From the human T2T-CHM13v2.0 reference genome, Homo sapiens, in the NCBI RefSeq assembly GCF_009914755.1, contig NC_060935.1: a stretch of 64,000 bases of DNA; one strand, 5' to 3'. Below the pieces are notes generated by a model. That model worked only from the letters and a program-made list of their open reading frames with translations. It searched no databases and was not told where the DNA came from. Shown here in pieces: positions 55,631-64,000 of the stretch. The first letter of the stretch is position 1. Every line of letters starts with the position of its first letter. A program made the position numbers and the translations under genes.

Positions 55631-57324
55631 AGGTAGGCTAAAATGAACTATTCTACAAAATTTCTACAAAACTATTCTACAAAATACACACATATATATG
55701 TGTATTTATGTGTTTTTTATATGTGTGTGTGTGTGTATATATATATATAAAACTTTCAAAAAAATAAGTCCATTTCTGATAATTTATTTTGTAAAAATAA
55801 TTGTGAGAAAGCAGAATCACGTAAGTAAAATATTTCACAGCACTTTCAGCAAATGAAAAGAAATAGATTAAATATTCATTAGTGGAAATTGATTAAATAC
55901 ATTGTGCTCTTCACATTCAAAGGACATAACAATTTCACAAAATCAGTAACTCTAAAGGTTCTCACCTAGATGGTGTCCATGACACATATTAAAGAAAGAA
56001 AACAATTTGAAGATTATATATAATTTTTCATTAAAAAATGAATGTATACAGTAGGCATATAGACAGGCACTTACCCACAATATCCAGAAGTATATGCCGT
56101 AGTCTGTTAATGGCACTTACCTCAGTATAATATTGGTTTTGTGAGGAGGAAATATTTCACTTTTTATGTCATATGTTCTATATATTTATTTTTAAAATTT
56201 GCACATATCTGCTTTTGTATAATTTTAAAACATTGGATCTGGAACAAAAAATGTTCTTCTCTTGTTAGAACACAAGTCTTTGTTGTTCTAGAATTGATTA
56301 TTCATATCTACCTGTAAGTCTTTTATTCCAATTATTTGTGATAATAGAATAAAGCTTTAATGGTGCTAATAAGTCCTCGTTGCCACAGATAATTTGAATA
56401 TATGTGTGCTATCTGTTATAATTATGAATAACTCTCCACTTCACTCTCAAAATTATTTTAGTTTTGATAATAAATTATATGGTAATGCTAATTATAATAA
56501 CTAAAATCCACATCCTATCTGATCTTCTCTAAGTACAGATGTGTAAGGCAGGAGGATCAGATAGTTTAAGCAGTATCAAATCAAGCATACACTATGCTTT
56601 TATAAATACTCTCCTCCTCCCCTTACCGATTTTGATGAAAATATGCCAGGAAGTAAATATTCCTGCATCACACTCAGAAACTCGTTGAATATTATTTAAA
56701 CTATCTATGGACATAAGGGGAAAAACAAGTAATCAATAGTGACAAAAGTACATATATATAGGAAGCAAGTCAATACATTTATTAACCTACAATGCCTTTT
56801 AGCTGTTACTTAAGCCACCATTTTGTGGGAGAAATTATTACCTTAGTCACCAGCTAAATGCCTAAACATTTAGAAACTAGCTTCTGAAAATTGCTCAATT
56901 CAGGTTCATTCACATAAATATGTTTAGAGCTGTATCTGACACATATTAAATGAATCAATAAATACTAGCTTCTGTCATTTTCTTTCATTGTCTCATCTTC
57001 ATCACCATTATTATGATATGTATGTATACATGTGTGTACAAAGACAACATATATATATATATTCTCATTACATGAATTCTTTAACATTTCCCAAGTTAGG
57101 GTGATGTGTATGAAAAATTTAATAGAAACCTACCATAAATCTGAAAGTTTTATTAATATTACCATATGAAACTTGCATTGTGGGGAAAAGTACACCATTT
57201 TGGATTTTCATATTTTTAAAGGAAACATAAAAGCATATCAAGGCACAAAACTAATTAAACCATGTCTCTCTTTACAATTACGACTCTTCAAATACGTTAG
57301 AAGCCCACAAGTAGGGGAGTGAAG

Positions 57325-57717
57325 TGTTATAGATTGAATGTTTGTTATGTCTCTCCCAAATTTACTTATTGAAACTCTATCCCTCCAATATGATGGTATT
57401 TGGAGATGGGGCCTTTGGGAGGCAATTAGGGTTAGATAAGGTCATTAGAGGGGATCCCTCATGATAGGTTTAATAACCTAATAAGAATAGACTTTGGAGA
57501 GATTGCTTGCTCTCTCTCTGTCTGTCATGTGCGGATGCAGCAAGAACCAAGACTAAGACACCTACAAGCCAGAAAGTGCCCTCTCACCTGGAACCAAATC
57601 AGCCTGCAGCTTGATCCTGGACCACCCAGCATCCAGAAGTGTGAGAAAATAAATTTCTGTTGTTTGAACCACTCAGTGTGTGGTATTTTATTATGTTAGC
57701 TTGAGCAGACTAATATA
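57325..57717 (+). mobile_element. MLT1A/MLT1A1 MaLR solo LTR
   Basis: tgttatagattgaatgtttg...atggtatttggagatggggcctttgggagg...gtgagaaaataaatttctgttgttt...tggtattttattatg...gactaatata. Confidence 0.85.
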
Positions 57718-57990
57718 GCATGCCAACTGTCCTTTAGAAGAATCCTAAAATAATTTTTACCTTGGTACTAAGTTAACTCTGGAAAGATGGAACATGGGGG
57801 AGGATGTACTTGCAGATTAAAATTATTCAGCCACCAGCAGTATCTTTTATATGCTGATACTTATGGAATAATCGTTATGGATAATGGATGCAGTTATGAC
57901 AGACTTTTAATAGAATCATATCCCTAAATAACACAAAACAAAAAAAAATTTGAAACAAAATAGACAAAACATAATTTAAATAATTGCTTA

Positions 57991-58345
<355 letters not shown>

Positions 58346-60632
58346 GGAGTGAGGTGATGGCATTCGCCTACAGCTTCTTCAGCCCAAAGGATTAGATATC
58401 GTATCATTGCTGGCTGCTTGAAGGAGAAATATTAAGTAAGTACATCTTAAACATAATTTGGCACTGTGTCCCTGACAGTTAACTTGGTGACTGTTGGCAT
58501 CCTATATTCTATTTATAAACTTAATTTAGATCCACTGTGAGAACATCCTTGGGGCTGAGAAAAAGAAGTAGTCACTTTCTCACCTTTTACCATCTTCATT
58601 TTCAGTCTAACCTTTAGATTTAATGTGTATGGATGTTTTGTTGAATTCTCAGCTTGAGATTTCCACATGCCTGTATATTTGTCCACAAAACAATTGATTA
58701 TGTTGACTACTGAAGACATGGAAACTATGCTTTGGATGCAGGTTGGGGGAAGAATATTAAGACTAAAAACAAAACTTTTATTATTCAAATGCTGCCTTAT
58801 GCCATATAATCTCAGATGTCAAGTGATTACTGATAGTACACTGACAAGAATAATGATAAGAACCTAAGCTTTCAGAAAGACAAAGCATGAAGATAAGTAC
58901 AGCCTAAAATTCCAAAAATTCTAAAATTAAGCAACTTTACCATCCTCAGCATAACTTCTTACTTCTATTTATATAAGAAAAAAAAACACCTGTTAGTTTG
59001 TTGCCATAATAGGAAGTTCTGTTATTTATAATCACATATTTCTGAGACAGAATGGATTTATGTTTTCACAGAATTAATGGTATACCAAAAAGATGAATTC
59101 TTATTGAACTTAGTGTCATAAATAAGTCAGATGTCCATGCCAAAAAATGTTTCCCTAACAGTGATACATATTGGAAGGAGAGTCTGCTAGGAAGCTAGAG
59201 ATAACCTGAACATAAATTAAAATTAATAAGTGAAAGAGTGAGGACAGAGAAAATTAAAGATGAGATACAGCAAAGGAACTACAGTATTACTATCCTCACC
59301 CCCCCATACACAAACCACGTGTTCTCTTTGGTAGAAGAGAAAGTTTCTGAGTTACATTTCAGAATCATGGAGGAGCCCAGTGTACATGAGAGAATAGAAC
59401 ATGTATGACAGTCACTGCTGGATTTCAGAAGTCATGAGGTCATACCCACACCTGATGCTTTAGACAAGATCAGCCCTTAAGACACAAGAAAAAGGGAAAG
59501 TATGTCTTCAGGATTCTTATTTTTTTATGTAACATATACTCAACTTAGTTATTACTGAATGTTAAATCAATTTGGGGAATTTTCCAGTGTGTGAAAAAAA
59601 AAAGCTACTTCTTCCTATCATGAGGAGTGTATTGGGGCAGGGACAGTGGGGTAGATCTTTAATTTTCATAATCAATGAAACAAAATAATATGGGTGAAAA
59701 CTGGGGAAAAAGTCTTTATTTGAGTGCTAGCCATAATTATACAGAAGATTTTGGCAGTATGCTAGTTTGCTAGTTTAACAATAAATGATAATCACTTTTA
59801 TTCAAAAAAAAATAGATGTTCTTTTATGCTTTTGAATGACTGTGTCACTTTTTTGGTGACAATCAATGCAAAAGACTACATTTATGTATCAGCGACACTT
59901 CAGAAAATAAATCTGTAGCTATGGTTTCCAAAGTATTATGGGGTTTGTTTTCTTTGAAATAATGAACAAAAAGAACAGCACACACACACACAGAAAAAAA
60001 AAAAACTAGAAAAATTTAGAATGGAATTGAAGGTGAAATGAGGACATGTGAAACACCAAGGTTTACTACAAGTAAATTAAAATAAATAAAAGAAGGAATC
60101 TTTATTACCGGTGTGTTCATAACACTTTGGGGAAAATACTATATTAAATATTCGGGGAGATTTGGTTTTATTTATTTTCAGGTGTGCATATATTTAATTG
60201 TAGGACAGATAATTATATTAGGTGGTTTCAATTTGTAAATAAGAAAACTGATACTTTAAGAACCAGAAAACATGTTTGGTTTATTTAAAATATAAATAAT
60301 ACATCTGCGAAAGGTATACCTTCACTTACTCCAGATAACTTAGCAACCCTGTGATATTTCTATGGGAGAACAACTGTAGAATGTAGGTCCCTTGAAAGAA
60401 TACTGTGCCATTTTTTAAACTGAATGCAATTTTATTTTATTCTCAGATTGGTATGATTGTGTCTATGTGACCATGTCTCTGAAAAAAGCTATCTCAGACT
60501 ATGTGCATTATCCCAAAACTTCATGGTGGCTTCCCAAGAGATGCAGGGCTTCTCAACTTTCCATTTGAAATATGGCCTTGAGACATACAGTTTGTATTGC
60601 TATGAGCGAGGAAATAGAGACAAATGGAATCA

Positions 60633-60922
<290 letters not shown>

Positions 60923-61030
60923 TGGATCAAGGGACTGCAATATTTCCGGGTAGCTATATTTAGGTATTGTTAAAGTGTTTCACATAAAGATGAAGATATG
61001 TGCTGAGACATCATTGAGCAGTTCGGTCAT

Positions 61031-61347
61031 TGTGTAACTGGCTCAAGTCTGGCTGCTTGCCACTCAGAGCCTGAAAACCCAAGAAGTGAGGTGTGATGGA
61101 AAAAAAGCAGCCTTATTCAACTGGTAGCAGTTGAGATGTGGCTGGGCTCATGCCTTTAAAATATCATTCCAACTTTCGGTGCTGAGGGAAGGGATCTAAG
61201 AAGGAAAACTTGGTGTGAGAAACAACTGGGGGTGATGCAGGAGTGTACAGGTCTGTGTGTCTTGTTCCGATGATCATCTTCAGTAATTGCCTGTCCGGAG
61301 GTCCAGTTTGCGTCATCCTGATTTCAGCCTAGTAGTGGTAGGCTAAC
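61031..61347 (-). mobile_element. Partial ERV1-like LTR, truncated by the adjacent L1PA
   Basis: TG start with tgtaactggctcaagtctggctgcttgcc...ccttattcaa, a layout typical of antisense ERV1 LTR 3' ends. Confidence 0.45.
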
Positions 61348-61363
61348 ATTCTAAATAAAAATA

Positions 61364-64000
61364 AACCTTTTATGCTAAGTTCAGAGGTACATATGCAGGT
61401 TTGTTATATAGGTAAACTTGTGTCATGGGGGTATGTTGTACAGATTATTTCATCACTCAGATATAATTAAGCCTAGTGCCCATTAGTTATTTTTCCTGAT
61501 CCACTCTCTTCTCCCACACTCCACCTTCCAATAGGTCCCAGCATCTGTTGTACCCTACTATGTGTCCATGAGTTCTCATCATTTAGCTCCCTAGTAAAGT
61601 AAGAATATGTGGAATTTGGTTTTCTATTATATTAATTTGCTAAGGAAAATGGCCTCCAGTTCCATCCATGTCCATGCAAAGGACATGATCTCATTTTTTA
61701 TGGCTGTGTAGTATTCAATGGTGTATACATACCATATTTCCTTTATTTTGTCTACCTCTGATAAGTATTAAGGTTAATTCCATGTCTTTACTATTGTGAA
61801 GAGTGCTGCAATAAGCACTATTTGCCTGCATGTGTCTTTATGGTAGAACAATTCATATTCCTTTGGATATATACCCAGTAATGGGATTGCTAGGTCAAAT
61901 GGTAGTTCTGTTTTTTAGGTCTTTAAGGAATCACCACACTGTTTTCCACAATGGCTGAACTAATTTGTATTCCCACTAACAGTGTATACGCATCCCTTTT
62001 TCTCTGCAAACCCAACAGCACCTGTAATTTTTGGACTTTTTAATAGTAGTCATTCTGACTGGTGTGAGATGATATCTCATTGTGGTTTTGATTTGCATTT
62101 CTCTAATGATCAGTGATGTTGAACTTTTTAATGTGACTTTTGGGCACATGTATGTCTTCTTTTGAAAAATGTCTGTTCATGTCCTTTGCCCACTCTTTAA
62201 TTTTTTTTTTCTTGCTGATTTCAGTTCTTAATAGAAGTTGGATACTAGATTAGGTCTTTGCCAGATGCATACTTCGCAAATATTTTCTCACATTTTGTAG
62301 GTTGTCTGTTTACTCTCTTGATAGTTTCTTTTGCTGTGCAGAAGCTGTTTAATTAGACATCATTTGTCAATTTTTGCTTTTGTTGCAATTACTTTTGAAG
62401 ACTTCATCATGAATTCTTTGCTCCTTTTTATTTCCAGAATGGTATTGCCTAGGTTGTCTTCCAGGGTTTTTGTGGTTTTTAGTTTTACATTTAAATGTTT
62501 AATCTATCTTGAGTTGATTCTTGTATACTATGTGGTGTAAAAAAGGGGTCCAGCTTCAATCTTCTGCATATGGCGAGCCAGCAATCCCAGAATTATTTGC
62601 TGAATGGGGAGTCCTTTCCTTGTTGCTTGCTTTTTTTTTTTTTTTTTTTTTGACAGCTTTGTAAAAGATCAGATAGGTGTGCAGTCTTATTTCTGGGTTC
62701 TCTATTCTGTTCCATTGGTCTGTGTGTCTGTTTTTGTTCCAGTACCATGCTGTTTTGGTTGCTGTAGCACCATAGTATAGTTTGAAGCTGGGTAGTGTGA
62801 TGCCTCCAGCTTTGTTGTTTTTGCTTAGGATTGCCTTTGTTATTAGGGCTCTTGTTTGGTTTCTTATGAATTTTAAAATAGTTATTTCTAATTCTATGAA
62901 GAATGTCATTGGTAGTTTGATAGGAATAGCAGTGAATTTGTAAATTGCTTTAGGCAGTATGGTCATATTAACAATATTGATTCTTCCTATCCATGAGCAT
63001 AGCTTTTTTATTTGTTTGTGTTATTTCTGATTTCTTTGAGCAGTGCTTTGCAGGTCTCCTTGTAGAGATTTTTCATGTCCCTGGTTAGCTGTATATCAAG
63101 GTATTTTATGCTTTTTTGGCAATTGTGAAATGGGACTGCATTCATGATTTGGCTCTTGGCTTGCCTGTTGTTGGTGTATAGGAATGTTATGATTTTTGTA
63201 CATTAATTTTGTATGTTGATACTTTTTTGAAGTTGCTTATCAGCTTAAGGACCTTTTGGGCCAAGACTATGGGGTTTCTTCGATACAGGATTATATTGTC
63301 TACAAATAAGGATAGTTTGACTTCTTCTCTTCCTATTTGGATGCCCTTTATTTCCTTATCCTGCCTGATTGCTCTGGCCAAAACTTCCAAGACAATGTTG
63401 AACAAGAATGGTGAGAGAAGGAATCCCTGTCTGTTGCCAGTTTTCAAGGGAAATGCTTCCAGCTCCTCCCTGTTTAGTATGAGGATGACTGTGGGTTTGC
63501 CATAAATGGCTCCTATTATTTTGAAATGTGTTCCCTAGTTTCTTGAGGGTTTTTAACATAAAAAAATGAATTTTATCAAAAGCTTTTTTTGCACCTATTA
63601 ACATGATCATGTGAGTATTGTTTTTAATTCTGTTTATGTGGTGTGAATCACATTTATTGATTTGCTTATGTTGAACCAACTTTGCATCCCAGGGATAAAG
63701 CCCACTTTACTGTGGTGAATAAGCTTTTGATATGTTGCTGGATTCAGTTTGCCAGTATTTTGTTGAGGATTTTTGCATCAATGTTCATCAAAGATATTGG
63801 CCAGAAGTTTTCTTTTATTGTTGTGTGTTTGCCAGGTTTTTGTATCAGAATGATGCTGGCCTCATAGGATGAGTTAGGGAGGAGTCCTTCCTCCTCAATT
63901 TTTTAAAATAGTTTCAGTAGGAATGGTACCAGCTCTTCTTTGTACATCTGGTATACAATTCAGCTGTGAATCTATCTGGTCCTGTTTTTTGTTTTGTTTT
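61364..64000 (-). mobile_element. Older primate L1PA (about L1PA13-16) 3' portion, continues beyond the window
   Basis: Antisense 3'UTR (gtacatatgcaggtttgttatataggtaaacttgtgtcatgggg) and ORF2 remnants ([11 protein letters not shown]...[37 protein letters not shown]). Confidence 0.92.

Noticed and set aside
62331-63867. ORFs in the terminal L1
   Set aside because: Decayed L1 ORF2 and its antisense frames.

Overview
Primate (human or great-ape) genomic DNA, AT-rich and repeat-rich. It contains the CpG-island promoter and first coding exon of LUZP2 (leucine zipper protein 2; + strand; ATG 14305, donor after 14366; exon encodes MKFSPAHYLLPLLPALVLST/R, essentially the signal peptide), followed by about 50 kb of its very long intron 1. 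I did not find exon 2 in the window. The upstream 12 kb is a stack of nested retroelements: old L1M, L1MA, a 5'-inverted L1PA with an intact TSD, L1MB, L2, MIR and an LTR. The intron carries six Alus, solo LTRs (MER31, a MER4-group LTR, LTR16, MLT1), a near-full-length Tigger1, L1/L2/MIR fragments and microsatellites. Almost all other ORFs in the track are repeat-derived or chance. I see no convincing new biological system. The best leads are: a candidate recursive-splice site in intron 1; a twin-primed L1 whose target site is complementary to the internal priming site; a second, much older 5'-inverted L1MA; a mosaic of locally copied sequence at about 17 kb; and an E-box cluster upstream of the promoter. 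Repeat subfamily names come from memory of consensus sequences and need RepeatMasker/Dfam confirmation.
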